A DNA stretch of 64,000 nucleotides, taken from the NCBI GenBank assembly GCA_046290225.1, contig JBKAGE010000045.1:34279-98278 (forward strand), written 5' to 3'. Positions 26,545 through 36,326 of the stretch are shown here, piece by piece. The translations under genes were made by a program, and so were the position numbers. The DNA is from Bradymonadia bacterium. GTDB taxonomy: Bacteria; Myxococcota_A; Bradymonadia; UBA7976; UBA1532. Numbering within the stretch: the stretch's first letter is position 1; each line of letters opens with the position of its first letter. The notes beneath the pieces were generated by a model. The model ran no database searches, had not been told where the DNA came from, and worked only from the letters and a program-made list of their open reading frames with translations.

Positions 26545-28203
26545 TTACCGCCGGCGGCGACGCATGGCGCGAGCTGCCTCTCTCTGTGCCCTGCGCTGCT
26601 CTCGTTGTAGTTCGCGTGCCGCATCGCGCTCCAGCCGGGCCAGATTCTTCTGGTCTCGCCGGCGCTGCTCGATGGGGTTCTGTGTCGGTGGGAGCTCTTT
26701 ATCTCGAGGCCGATCGATGGGGGCAGCGCCCTCGGCCATGAGGGTGCCCAGATCCTCGAGGCCCTGGCTCAACGCGTCAACGCGGTCATCGTGGGCCGCG
26801 GTGGGAAAGTCGGCGTGCTCTTCTATGAAGGCCGGCACCCACGCTGCCTCTTCGGGGTGTGGCACGTAGACGTTGCCCGAGGCGACGTAGCCGAGGATCC
26901 CATCCGCACGCTGCACCTTGCCCCTGCCGGCCACCTTCACCGCCGTGAGGCCTGCCACCGGGGCCGGCGAGAGTTGGCACAGGGCGATGCCGTTGCCCGA
27001 GAACTCCATCAGGTGCTTGCGAGCGACCCTGGCGTGCATCGCGGCGAAGAGCTTCACCTCCGCAACCAGGGTTGGGAACTCCATCCGGGCGCGGCGCTCG
27101 TCGAGGACGAAGAAGTCGGGGCCGGTGGCTGCGATGGCGAGGCCCACGGTCCAGTCGGAGGTGTCTGAGTCGGTCTTGTTCGGATCCCACGACGTCAACC
27201 CAGCGTGGAACTCTTCGTCGTCGGGGCGCAGCACACAGATCGGGCCGTTGCTCGGATCCGTGTTCACCTTCGAGGGATCCCGCGTCCAGTACCGCCACCA
27301 GGTGCGTTTGAACTTCGCGCCGGCGTCGGAGACTGGATCCTGCTGCCTCTGGGCCCGAATGACCGCTGGTGACGTGCTCTTCGGCACCACCTGGGCGATG
27401 GCCTCTTCGTCGAAGCGCTCGGGGAAGAGCAGCTCACCCTCTTCGGTGCGCCAGTCCTCGAAGCCGATCGACGTCGAGCAGTGCAGGCGCTTCTCGTACC
27501 GCTCCGGCAGTGACAAGATCTCCCAATCATCTCCCTCGGAGTCTTTGAGGCTGCCCACCAGGTCTTTGGCGTGCAGGCGCTGCATGATGATGACGAAGGC
27601 GCTTCGCTTTGGATCTCGCACACGGGTGCGGGCCTCAGTGTTGAACCAGCGCACGTGGTTCTGCAGCTCGACCGTGTAGATGCCGCTGGCCCTGAGGGGA
27701 TCATCGATGACGAAGCGGTCGTAGTGAGCCCCGGTAACGCCCTTTTCGACGGATCCGGTCGCCATCTCCCCGCTCCGGCTGTTGGTGAAGCGCAGCTTGT
27801 TGTCTTCGCCGCGGGGGATCTCCCAGCCGGGTTCGAGATCTGACATGTACCAGGAGGAAGCCATCAAAGATCGGCGCCGGAGGCTCTCAGCCTTTGTTCG
27901 ATCCTGCGCGTAGGCTGTGAACATCCACCGCTTCTCGGGGAGATGCAGCCACTCCCAGCATGGCCACGTCTGCTGGGTCAAAGTGGTCTTCGAGTAGCCC
28001 GGGGGGATGTTGATGATGAGGCGCGTGATGTCGCCGCGGGTGATGGCCTCGAGGTGCTCGCAGATGGCATCGTGGTGCCGACCCCATACCAGGGGCGTGC
28101 CCGGGTTGAGCAGTGGCCATGCCATATGGGAGAAGCTGCGCAGGTTGTCTATCGAGTCAGCCAATGCCGAGAGCCAGATCGCCTCATCCTCTGTAAACTT
28201 CAT
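26545..28203 (-). CDS. terL: Terminase large subunit
   Basis: RLIINIPPGYSKT, FVIDDP, IIMQRLH..D, HDDRVDALSQ. Confidence 0.95.
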   Translation of the reverse strand: MKFTEDEAIWLSALADSIDNLRSFSHMAWPLLNPGTPLVWGRHHDAICEHLEAITRGDITRLIINIPPGYSKTTLTQQTWPCWEWLHLPEKRWMFTAYAQDRTKAESLRRRSLMASSWYMSDLEPGWEIPRGEDNKLRFTNSRSGEMATGSVEKGVTGAHYDRFVIDDPLRASGIYTVELQNHVRWFNTEARTRVRDPKRSAFVIIMQRLHAKDLVGSLKDSEGDDWEILSLPERYEKRLHCSTSIGFEDWRTEEGELLFPERFDEEAIAQVVPKSTSPAVIRAQRQQDPVSDAGAKFKRTWWRYWTRDPSKVNTDPSNGPICVLRPDDEEFHAGLTSWDPNKTDSDTSDWTVGLAIAATGPDFFVLDERRARMEFPTLVAEVKLFAAMHARVARKHLMEFSGNGIALCQLSPAPVAGLTAVKVAGRGKVQRADGILGYVASGNVYVPHPEEAAWVPAFIEEHADFPTAAHDDRVDALSQGLEDLGTLMAEGAAPIDRPRDKELPPTQNPIEQRRRDQKNLARLERDAARELQREQRRAQREAARAMRRRRR

Positions 28204-28664
28204 GCCTGGGCCTTCTCCGCCTCAAACTTCTCCTTCGCCATCTGACGGGCTGCTCGGAGCTGGTCCTGGTTATGGACTGATACAGCCACGTTGACTGCCA
28301 TGGGTGGGTTGTTGGTGAGAACACCATCGAGCTGCAGCTTCCTCACCGCGATGGACTCCGCCGCTCGGATCGCCCGCACATCCCCCTGATCGACCTTCTC
28401 CATCAGAGCGTTCCACAGGTACTCCAGCCGGCCTCTGTTCTTCGCGAGTCGCTCTTTGCGACCCTCAAGCCCATCAGCAACTGCATCTTGGGCCCACTGC
28501 TTTCGGATCTTCTCCACGTATCGCAAGGCCTGCCGGAGGCTGACGCCGTACTGGCTCACCGCCGCCCGGGCGACTGCGCGATCCCGTTGGCCCTGAAGCA
28601 TCAAGCGCTCACAGAACTCCAGTCGCTCCTTGACCTCTGCTTTTGTCGCCTTCTTGTTTGACAC
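28200..28664 (-). CDS. Probable terminase small subunit
   Basis: N-terminal HTH plus helices, coupled directly upstream of terL. Confidence 0.7.
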   Translation of the reverse strand: MSNKKATKAEVKERLEFCERLMLQGQRDRAVARAAVSQYGVSLRQALRYVEKIRKQWAQDAVADGLEGRKERLAKNRGRLEYLWNALMEKVDQGDVRAIRAAESIAVRKLQLDGVLTNNPPMAVNVAVSVHNQDQLRAARQMAKEKFEAEKAQA

Positions 28665-28694
28665 GGCTCGCCTTGCTCCTGCGCGCGTGACAGA

Positions 28695-28979
28695 TCAGTC
28701 ATTGCCCCAGCTCGGATCCCACTTGCCGTCGGACACGTTGACCGCCCTCTCGTCCTTGAGCGTCTCCCGGATGCCGAACGGTTCGAGCCACTCGATGGCC
28801 CAGTCAAGCAGCTGGCTCACGAGGCACGGCTGCACGACCGTTGTTGTGCGCCTGTCTATCCGTCGAGTGCCCTGGCATACAGTGAGATGCGCCGCACCAA
28901 CAGCATCGACATACATGTTGAACGTGATGTTGCCGCACTTGATGCGTGCCCACCCTTGCCCTGATTCGATGTCTGGCAT
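28695..28979 (-). CDS. Hypothetical protein
   Basis: Fills the gap in the operon; start uncertain. Confidence 0.45.
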   Translation of the reverse strand: MPDIESGQGWARIKCGNITFNMYVDAVGAAHLTVCQGTRRIDRRTTTVVQPCLVSQLLDWAIEWLEPFGIRETLKDERAVNVSDGKWDPSWGND

Positions 28980-29071
28980 TCTCGGTACTCGCTCTCTGTG
29001 TGGATCCGCACTCATATGGAGCGGTCATCGCACCACAGCTCGATGCATCGTGACTAAAGGGGTCGAGCGCT

Positions 29072-30604
29072 CTATCTGGCCTCGAGGGAGAGCAGGGCCA
29101 GGCTGACGTCGCCGAAGAGGGTGGGCTGCACGCTGAGCACCAGGAACTTGCGCTCTGTCCACCCGGCGGCAGCATCAGTCACAGCTACGACGTCGAGGGG
29201 GCGTGCAAGGAACCACGGTGTGGGTAGCCCCGAGTAGGCAACGGTATCTCGGATGCCGTTGAGTGTCCGGGCGTGCTGGGTCAGCAGCTGGAAGGCCGTG
29301 CCGTCGTCGGGGGCGTCGGGGGCCTCGAGTCGGCTCACCCCTGAGGGGCCATACCGAGTCAGGGCGCCCTGGCACCCACCGTGGTTCTCGGGCGTGAACT
29401 CTCGGATCTTTGTCATGCTCCCCTCGAAGCCGTCGAAAGCGTAGCTCAATGAGATCTCGGTGAGCACGTCGTCGATGCTCGTCTCTCCGATCTGAGAGCG
29501 ATCGTGGACGTCTTGGCCGTAGGTGAGGGTGTGCTGGACTACAGCGTCGGGCCCGGGCAGCGCGGTGCAGTCCCAGCCCATGCGCCCGCCCTGCAGGCCC
29601 ACACTCACCGGGAACTGACTCTGGATCCGACTGGCGATGGTGCGCAGTAGGGTGCCGCCGGTCTGGATGCGGTTGAAGACGAAGGCCACCCGGTAGCGGT
29701 TGAGCCCCGTCCGGGCATACCAGGCCCTGGCTCGATCCAACTCGTGGAAGTCCTCGCCGGCGTAGGTGCCCCACAGGTGCAAGAGCACATCACCGAGTGC
29801 ATCGAGCAAGCGGCCCTCAGGTGCTACCCAGCCCTCCACCTCTTCGGCATGCACCGCATCACCAACACCGTCGAGGTCGACACCGGAGAGGGTGACATAG
29901 CTGTATGGCTCGCCGCGGCCATCGGTGCCCTGCTCCACCGCCTTCGGGGTGCCCAGAGCTGCGCCGTCTGGATCTCGCACCTGGATGGTGGTGCTTCGGA
30001 TCGGGTGTCCGGCCACAAGGAAGCGCCGGGCCGGGTAGTCTGCCGGATCCTCGGGCGCCGGTGACGGTGCTGCATCCAGGGCCGGGAGGGGTACGCCTCG
30101 GGCTCTGCCGTAGATCACGGGCACGGCTTGGCCTGCGGAGTTGCTCGGGGCGTCGGGGAATCGATCCTCGTCGCCCACCGCCGAGGGCGGGAACTGCACG
30201 TCGGGCACCCTCGAGGGCGCCGCCACCTCGAACCGTACCTGCCCCGCCTCCAAGTCCCAGGTCGGGCTCCGTGGCTGGCCTCGATAGATCTCGTGGAGCT
30301 GCTCGTCGAAGGGCTCGTCGTCGGGCCACCACCAGATGCGCACGTTGATGGTTTGGATCGGCACTCCATCTCGGATGGCCCACAGGTCGAGTACTTCAAG
30401 ATCCAGGGCCAGGGAGATGGTGCCCCCGCTGCTGCTCGATCCCTGCAGCGAGACGGATCGAGCAGGCAGATCACTGTCGAGGGCGATCCCCTCCGCGAAC
30501 TCCACCTCGTCGCCGTCGATGGACACGACGAGCCCCTCGCCTTCGACCTCGAAGCCATGTCGGGCACCGGCGACGTCGAGCAGGACCAGGACACAAGCGC
30601 TCAT
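29072..30604 (-). CDS. Putative tail/baseplate structural protein
   Basis: GQAVPVIYG motif; beta-rich, acidic; hub-like C-terminus. Confidence 0.55.
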   Translation of the reverse strand: MSACVLVLLDVAGARHGFEVEGEGLVVSIDGDEVEFAEGIALDSDLPARSVSLQGSSSSGGTISLALDLEVLDLWAIRDGVPIQTINVRIWWWPDDEPFDEQLHEIYRGQPRSPTWDLEAGQVRFEVAAPSRVPDVQFPPSAVGDEDRFPDAPSNSAGQAVPVIYGRARGVPLPALDAAPSPAPEDPADYPARRFLVAGHPIRSTTIQVRDPDGAALGTPKAVEQGTDGRGEPYSYVTLSGVDLDGVGDAVHAEEVEGWVAPEGRLLDALGDVLLHLWGTYAGEDFHELDRARAWYARTGLNRYRVAFVFNRIQTGGTLLRTIASRIQSQFPVSVGLQGGRMGWDCTALPGPDAVVQHTLTYGQDVHDRSQIGETSIDDVLTEISLSYAFDGFEGSMTKIREFTPENHGGCQGALTRYGPSGVSRLEAPDAPDDGTAFQLLTQHARTLNGIRDTVAYSGLPTPWFLARPLDVVAVTDAAAGWTERKFLVLSVQPTLFGDVSLALLSLEAR

Positions 30605-31044
30605 CAGGACTCACCCGGGCTCAGGCGCACCTCTACCGAAGATCCGCCGGCGCCGCGGAACTGCATCTCGGTGGGTGGGGTGATCTCAGTGTCGGGCGTG
30701 AGTAGGCCCGATCTCGACGTCTTCAACCGGGCCAGGAGACCAGAGTGCCGGCCCCCGAGGCCACCGACGACGACACGGCCCTTGAGGATGCCCTCGGTCA
30801 TGGCCACAGCTTCCTTCATGTCGAGCACACCTGCGGCGACCAGGTACACCTTGGTGCCCTCGGCCCGGTAGACGTCGTACACGGTGAACCTCGGGCCCTG
30901 GCGGCCTCGGATCCAAGCGCGCACCTCAAGGTTGCGCTGCCTCGCCTCGCGGGCGATCGGCTGGGCCTCTTGACGAAGCAGGGCGCCGGTGTGGTCGTAG
31001 AGAGCGACCTCGGCCGATCCCATCTCGCGTGCTGTGCGGATCAT
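30604..31044 (-). CDS. Hypothetical protein
   Basis: Coupled ORF with typical codon usage. Confidence 0.55.
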   Translation of the reverse strand: MIRTAREMGSAEVALYDHTGALLRQEAQPIAREARQRNLEVRAWIRGRQGPRFTVYDVYRAEGTKVYLVAAGVLDMKEAVAMTEGILKGRVVVGGLGGRHSGLLARLKTSRSGLLTPDTEITPPTEMQFRGAGGSSVEVRLSPGES

Positions 31045-31047
31045 GCG

Positions 31048-31620
31048 CTACTCCTTGGGCTCGCTCTTCGGCTTCTTTGGTGCTGGCGGCAGCTCGATGA
31101 AGTCGAATGGGCCCCTCACCTGCGAACTCAGAGCCGCGGCGGCATGGAGCGCCCGGCGTACCTTCTCGTGAGCATCGAAGGCGAGCGTTGAATGTAGGGA
31201 GCCCAGGGCGAACTGCTCGCCGGTGCCGATGGCGTCGTAGCCACGCTTGTGGCGGAAGAACCCGAAGTCGGGCCCCAAACGGTAGAGACCACCGCGGTAC
31301 CCGATGAGCGCCTCGCCGCCATACCCGGCGTCGCCGTCCTGGTCGAGGTAGTTGGCGGCACTGAGCGCCTTGCGCATCTCTTCGACGCAGCGATAGAGGA
31401 ACGCCTCGTCTTCTTCACCGGGCTGTGGATCTGGATAGGCCACATCATGGAGCAGGATCTGAGCGAAGCGGATCGAGCCACCCGGTGCGATGATCAGCTC
31501 ACCGCGCCTTGCGCACTTGGGCTGGCTCTCGATGCTGCTTGAGACATCGTTGCCTACGAATGAGTCGGCGCCGATGATTACGCGGCCATCACTGGCTTCG
31601 AGGCCTACGATGCAGGTCAT
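31048..31620 (-). CDS. HslV/proteasome-beta-like Ntn peptidase
   Basis: Thr2 nucleophile MTCIVG...IGADS, PK, AIGTGEQFALGSL. Confidence 0.85.
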   Translation of the reverse strand: MTCIVGLEASDGRVIIGADSFVGNDVSSSIESQPKCARRGELIIAPGGSIRFAQILLHDVAYPDPQPGEEDEAFLYRCVEEMRKALSAANYLDQDGDAGYGGEALIGYRGGLYRLGPDFGFFRHKRGYDAIGTGEQFALGSLHSTLAFDAHEKVRRALHAAAALSSQVRGPFDFIELPPAPKKPKSEPKE

Positions 31621-31636
31621 ATGACACCCCTATTCT

Positions 31637-32035
31637 CTACAGAGGGGTGCGTGTCGGCTCCGTCCCTCTGGCCAATGCGCTGGACCATCTCTCGACTTCC
31701 ACCTGCAAGGCTCGGCTCACGCCCCCCCCGGACAGGGTACGAAGAGCCGCGAGCCGAGCCGCAGGCTTGAGATTGCGCGCACTGGCAAGACGCCACACTC
31801 TCTCTTCACTCGACAAATCCGGGGCGCCGAGCTCCACCTCCTCGACGGCCCTTTCATGGAAGCCAGACAGATCTGAGACATGCATCACACCAGCATCGTC
31901 GACCCATCTGATCCCACCGGGACCCACCTCGAGTACGATCGCAATGCGCCCCCCACGCAGGACGGCAGATCCTCTCGACCACTCCCCTGGGGTCTCGTCG
32001 AGGGCCTCGGTGATGGACGCCTGTAGATTGATCAT
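31637..32035 (-). CDS. Hypothetical protein
   Basis: GAGGAGG SD; coupled. Confidence 0.55.
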   Translation of the reverse strand: MINLQASITEALDETPGEWSRGSAVLRGGRIAIVLEVGPGGIRWVDDAGVMHVSDLSGFHERAVEEVELGAPDLSSEERVWRLASARNLKPAARLAALRTLSGGGVSRALQVEVERWSSALARGTEPTRTPL

Positions 32036-32481
32036 GCTGCGCCCCTCCTCGCGGCCTGTGCTTCGCTCTTGAGCCGGCTGCGTCTCGCGTCGAGCAGTGA
32101 AGTCAGAGCCTCGGCGACGAGCGCCGGCATGTCCGGCTGCACTGCCAGCCACACCTCGCCTCTATTTCCGATCCACCCCGCCCAGTTCGAGCAACGGGTG
32201 CCTTGAATCTCAATGGGGCCCGGGCAGATCCTCACCTCCACACCGTCGAGGATCTTCTCGGCCAGCCCCGGCGCTCGGCCTTCGGACCAGGTGGTGATCG
32301 CCTCGTCGATGGATCGAGTCACCGCCAACTGGTTCACGAGGATCCCGCGGTGCCAGATCTTGACGCCCTGGTGCTCGATGTCTGGGCCGAATGCCCGAGT
32401 CCAGGCAGACCTCGCCTCCGAGATCACCCCCTGGGCTGTATGAGTGAGCCTCTCTCTCACCGCTCTGAGTCTGCGCCGCAT
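32032..32481 (-). CDS. Hypothetical protein
   Basis: GAGG SD; follows the MuF-like gene. Confidence 0.55.
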   Translation of the reverse strand: MRRRLRAVRERLTHTAQGVISEARSAWTRAFGPDIEHQGVKIWHRGILVNQLAVTRSIDEAITTWSEGRAPGLAEKILDGVEVRICPGPIEIQGTRCSNWAGWIGNRGEVWLAVQPDMPALVAEALTSLLDARRSRLKSEAQAARRGAA

Positions 32482-32482
32482 A

Positions 32483-33997
32483 TCAACCTCGCTCCTGCCA
32501 CCTCGCGGCGGCGACGTCTGTGGAGAGGCCCGCCACCAGAGCCTCGACTTCATGGGCAGGGCCTCGGATCCAACTGCCCAGGGCCAGCACGAGCTCGTCC
32601 CATCGATCCGACATCGGCCCCACCTCCACCGGGCGCTCGACCTCAACGAGCTGCTCGAGCAAGCCCAGGTGTGCCTCAAGTGCGGCTGCCGCCCCCGGCG
32701 CCACCAGCTGCACCGTGATCTCACGAGACGGATCCGGCAGCGTGTCTTGGCGCTCTACCGACTCGCAGCTGTGTGTGGCGCAGCAGTGGGCCCCATGGTG
32801 ATGATCATGCGCCGGCGCCGACTCCTGGCCCAGACGACCCCCGAAGGCTGATGCAGGTGCACCGGCGGCCTTGAGCAGGCCCTCAAAGTCGGGCACCGCT
32901 GGCAACGTGGGCGGCAACCCACCGAGCATCTCCGCCAACCTCTTGTTGGCCTCGTCGAGGGCCCCCTGCACAGCCTTGCTCTGGGCCCTGTGGATGGTGG
33001 TGCCGTCGATGCCCCGGGCGTGCACCAGGTTGTCGACCTGGGGCCCCGTGATGTCGCGCGCCGTAATCACCTCGCCGACGCTGAACGTCGGGGTGTGGTG
33101 GATGCCGTTGTCCTTGAGCAGCTTGTTGAGCCTGGCGTTGACCGACTGCCGCTGGCGAAGCCACTGACGCCGCTCAGCGTCGGTGGAGGCGTGCGCCGCC
33201 TTGCGCCGGGCGTGGTTGATGCGCATCTCCAGATCTCGAATCTGTCGAAGCTCACCCGGTGTCGGATGCCGGCGACCTGGTGGCGGCGGCGGTGGAGTGC
33301 CCAGTGCTCGATTCAGAGGTGATGAGGTGCTCCCCCCAAGACGCAGGGACGGATCCGAGGCGCTCTGCCTTTGCTGGATAGGTCGATACTCGAGGTAGCA
33401 GCAGCAGTTGGTCCTGCACTGCGTCTCGCCACTTCGAGGCACCGTGGGCAGCGTCTCTTGGGTGTAAGGGCTTGAGATGGCCAGCGCTGGGCAGTCGTCG
33501 CAGTGCTCGCAGGCGCCAAGGCGCCAATAGATGCGGTACCCCGGGGGATGGGTGTCCACCGTGGCCTGCTGGAAGGTGCCCTCGAGGGCCTTCGTGTAGA
33601 GCGCGCTGCGGTTGCCCGGGCTCATCCGCCCCGGCGCCGAGATCACACCCCGAGCCAGGTCGACGGCGAAGCGCATCGCGAAGAGCTTCTGGCGCTTGAG
33701 GTACCTGCGCAGGGAGTTGGCATCCGGTGCACCACCCTGAGGCCCCCAGAAGCTGCGCCCCGCGGCATATGCTGCGCTGTGGCCTTCGTCGATGGCCGCA
33801 TTCCACTCTTGGATGAGCTCGGCCAGCGCTGACTTGCGCCGGCGCTTGATCTCTTCAGGGCCCAGGGCACCCGCGGTGGCCTCGAGCAAGATCTGATTCG
33901 ACTCGAAGCGCGCCAGCGCCGTTGCCCACCGCTGCTCGAAGCGATCCTGCACCTGCCCCAGGGCCGCGGCTGCCCCCTGGGTCGTTGCCGGCTCCAT
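32483..33997 (-). CDS. MuF/SPP1 gp7-like head morphogenesis protein with C-terminal extension
   Basis: Directly after portal; W...EHCDDC...PY...LPTVP...CRTNCCC. Confidence 0.7.
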   Translation of the reverse strand: MEPATTQGAAAALGQVQDRFEQRWATALARFESNQILLEATAGALGPEEIKRRRKSALAELIQEWNAAIDEGHSAAYAAGRSFWGPQGGAPDANSLRRYLKRQKLFAMRFAVDLARGVISAPGRMSPGNRSALYTKALEGTFQQATVDTHPPGYRIYWRLGACEHCDDCPALAISSPYTQETLPTVPRSGETQCRTNCCCYLEYRPIQQRQSASDPSLRLGGSTSSPLNRALGTPPPPPPGRRHPTPGELRQIRDLEMRINHARRKAAHASTDAERRQWLRQRQSVNARLNKLLKDNGIHHTPTFSVGEVITARDITGPQVDNLVHARGIDGTTIHRAQSKAVQGALDEANKRLAEMLGGLPPTLPAVPDFEGLLKAAGAPASAFGGRLGQESAPAHDHHHGAHCCATHSCESVERQDTLPDPSREITVQLVAPGAAAALEAHLGLLEQLVEVERPVEVGPMSDRWDELVLALGSWIRGPAHEVEALVAGLSTDVAAARWQERG

Positions 33998-35586
33998 TAC
34001 TGCTCCCCAGACAGCATGCCCTCAGGCAGACGGTTCTCGGGCAGGTTGGCCCGGGGCGCAGGGTTGACCTTCACGCCCTCTTGCCCAGTGTCGAAGATCT
34101 CCCCCATCAGCGCTCTCGCCTCACTGTCCAGATCCTCAAGATCCCCCTGCTCTGCGATGCGCGGCAGCACCCCCTCGAGGGCCTTTTCTTTGGAGGTGTC
34201 ATCAGCGATCCGCTCAGCGTCCATCTTCGACAACCCGGCGCCGTGCTGCAGGGCCAACACCAGGGGTACCCCTGCGATGACATATTGGGCCGTCGCCCGG
34301 GCCCTGGAGAACGCCACGTCGGCGCGGAGCTGCTCGTCGAAGGCCGTCGGCGGCTTCATCTCGATGTGCCACTCACCGTCCTTGGGTGTGATCCCCTCAA
34401 GCATCAGGCTGCGCAGGTGCAGATCTGCCATCAGCTCGGCACAGTCCTGCTGGCCCTCGATGATCTGCTGAGCGTAGACCTTGCCCTGCACCTCGGCGCT
34501 GTTCTTGCCGTTGATGTCCTTCTCGTGGCCCAGGAGGATAGGCGGTGTACCCACGTCGATGAACTTGTGACGCTCCAGCGCCTCGAAGACTTTGAGGCAG
34601 GCCTCGATGGATGGGGCCCGGCGCTGATGGAAGCTCGGCCCCTTGCCCGTCGTCGACGGCTTGAAGGGGATGATCTTGGGGATCATGCGCAGCAGCTCGA
34701 CGGGGCGCTTTACCATGGTGCCCTGGGCGTCGAACCACACCTGGTCATCGAGGTTGTCTTCGATGTTCTCGATGAACTCTGCGATGTCGGCCGGTGTTTG
34801 ATAGTTGAAGGGCCACAGGATGGACTCGCCACCCTGCCCCTCCTGAAGCACCTGCAGCATGATCACATCGAGGATGGCCTCAGCCTTGCGCCGGGTGCTG
34901 CGCCCCGAGTGCCACATGGATCGGCCATAGTGACTGTTCAGGGGTCGATCTGGCGCGTAATGGAGCACGAAGAAGGGGTGCACCCGGCGCCATGAGTGCC
35001 CGCTCTCTCGTAGCTCGTAGTAGTTCCCCTGAGCGCTGATCATCACTCGCATGTGCTCTGCAGCGTGTGGCCGCACGCCGAGGAACCCGGTCTTGTCTGC
35101 CATGAGCTCGACGATGCCATCTCCGACCCACCGCCCCTCTTCGAGCAGGCCTCGCACCAGCGTGTGGGTGTTGAGCCGGGTCTGATCTGCAGCGAGCAGA
35201 CGCTTCACCTCTGGGCGGGCGCCGTCATCCACGTGGAGAATGTAGCTGGCTCGACTGCCGGTGGGCGTCTTCGCAGCCTGGGACTGTGGTGCGAAGACCA
35301 TCTCCTGCCACCGGCGAAGTGCCCGGTAGTAGATCCCCTCCTCGTCCGCCATCTCCCGGTATTCGGCGTAGCGTTGCTGGCGAGACGCCTCATGCGCCTG
35401 GTGCATCTGGCGCAACCATGCGTCGGCCTGCTGTGCATGGCCCATGTTGGCATGGTGTGGGGTGGAGCGTTTCTGGTGGCGCTGGAAGGTAGGCCCCGCC
35501 GGGGTCATCAGGGAGACCTGGACGGACGGTTGGGCGGCAATGCGGCCCACCCTCGAGATGATGGCGTTGGAGAGACGGTCGAACAT
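33997..35586 (-). CDS. Probable portal protein
   Basis: 529 aa; RYAEYREM, GDGIVEL, VLHY...YGRS, GTPPILLG; upstream of the MuF-like gene. Confidence 0.75.
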   Translation of the reverse strand: MFDRLSNAIISRVGRIAAQPSVQVSLMTPAGPTFQRHQKRSTPHHANMGHAQQADAWLRQMHQAHEASRQQRYAEYREMADEEGIYYRALRRWQEMVFAPQSQAAKTPTGSRASYILHVDDGARPEVKRLLAADQTRLNTHTLVRGLLEEGRWVGDGIVELMADKTGFLGVRPHAAEHMRVMISAQGNYYELRESGHSWRRVHPFFVLHYAPDRPLNSHYGRSMWHSGRSTRRKAEAILDVIMLQVLQEGQGGESILWPFNYQTPADIAEFIENIEDNLDDQVWFDAQGTMVKRPVELLRMIPKIIPFKPSTTGKGPSFHQRRAPSIEACLKVFEALERHKFIDVGTPPILLGHEKDINGKNSAEVQGKVYAQQIIEGQQDCAELMADLHLRSLMLEGITPKDGEWHIEMKPPTAFDEQLRADVAFSRARATAQYVIAGVPLVLALQHGAGLSKMDAERIADDTSKEKALEGVLPRIAEQGDLEDLDSEARALMGEIFDTGQEGVKVNPAPRANLPENRLPEGMLSGEQ

Positions 35587-35592
35587 GAGAGA

Positions 35593-35778
35593 TCACCCTC
35601 GCCGGGGTTGATCCCCCCGTGCTTCTTGTGCGGGCCTCATCCCATCACGGCCCTCGAACTGTTGGCAGATCCGGACGAGCTCCCCCTGGGCCAATCGAGC
35701 GGCTGAGTCGCCCTGAATTGCGCATCGTTGGCCGTTGTTGTGGCGGCAAAGGCCGCACAAATGCGTGTCTCGATTCAT
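35593..35778 (-). CDS. Small Cys-rich protein
   Basis: CGLCRH...C...CQQF; coupled. Confidence 0.5.
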   Translation of the reverse strand: MNRDTHLCGLCRHNNGQRCAIQGDSAARLAQGELVRICQQFEGRDGMRPAQEARGDQPRRG

Positions 35779-36326
35779 GCTGCCCCCTCATCCTCGAGGA
35801 TGGCGATCACCCCCTCAGGCAAACCGGGATCCAGCGACGGGGCTGCTCGGCGCGAGCGCCCGGCCTTCTTGCGCTTCAGTTTGAGGCAGGTCTCTTCGAC
35901 CTTGAGCTGATCCATGGTGTGAAGGACCTCTTCCGGGATCCGGCTTGGGGGCACCCCCTGCCACTGTTTCTTGAGGTCTGTCTTGTGTCGGTGGATCCGG
36001 GCGAGCTGCTCCTCTTGGATCGGGGCAGGATGTGGTGGGCCGCACCGCACCACCACCACTCGGCGGGGCAGCTCGACGCCGAAGATCTGCGCCAGGTCTT
36101 GGCCAGAGGCCTCAGAGTTGGAGACGTGCCCACTCATCACGTCCATGAGTACTCGGGTGCCGATGGAGATGTCGGGGTGCACGTTGTCGCCGATCGCGAG
36201 CACCTCGCCGATGAGATGCGTGCCCGCCCTCCTCGATGTGGGCATGTGAATGGCTCCCCGCTTCTCTGGCTCAGGCTCCACCACGACGATGACGTGCCCC
36301 GCGAGGGGCCGAACAGAGGCGTTCAT
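35775..36326 (-). CDS. GroES-like co-chaperonin with C-terminal extension
   Basis: VRPLAGHVIV...GAIHMP...GEVLAIG...ISIGTRVL. Confidence 0.75.
   Translation of the reverse strand: MNASVRPLAGHVIVVVEPEPEKRGAIHMPTSRRAGTHLIGEVLAIGDNVHPDISIGTRVLMDVMSGHVSNSEASGQDLAQIFGVELPRRVVVVRCGPPHPAPIQEEQLARIHRHKTDLKKQWQGVPPSRIPEEVLHTMDQLKVEETCLKLKRKKAGRSRRAAPSLDPGLPEGVIAILEDEGAA

Noticed and set aside
33922..34995. Long antisense ORFs (also 39353-40369, 42474-43499, 56736-57890, 61295-62260)
   Set aside because: Shadow frames of well-supported genes in high-GC DNA, with no recognisable motifs.
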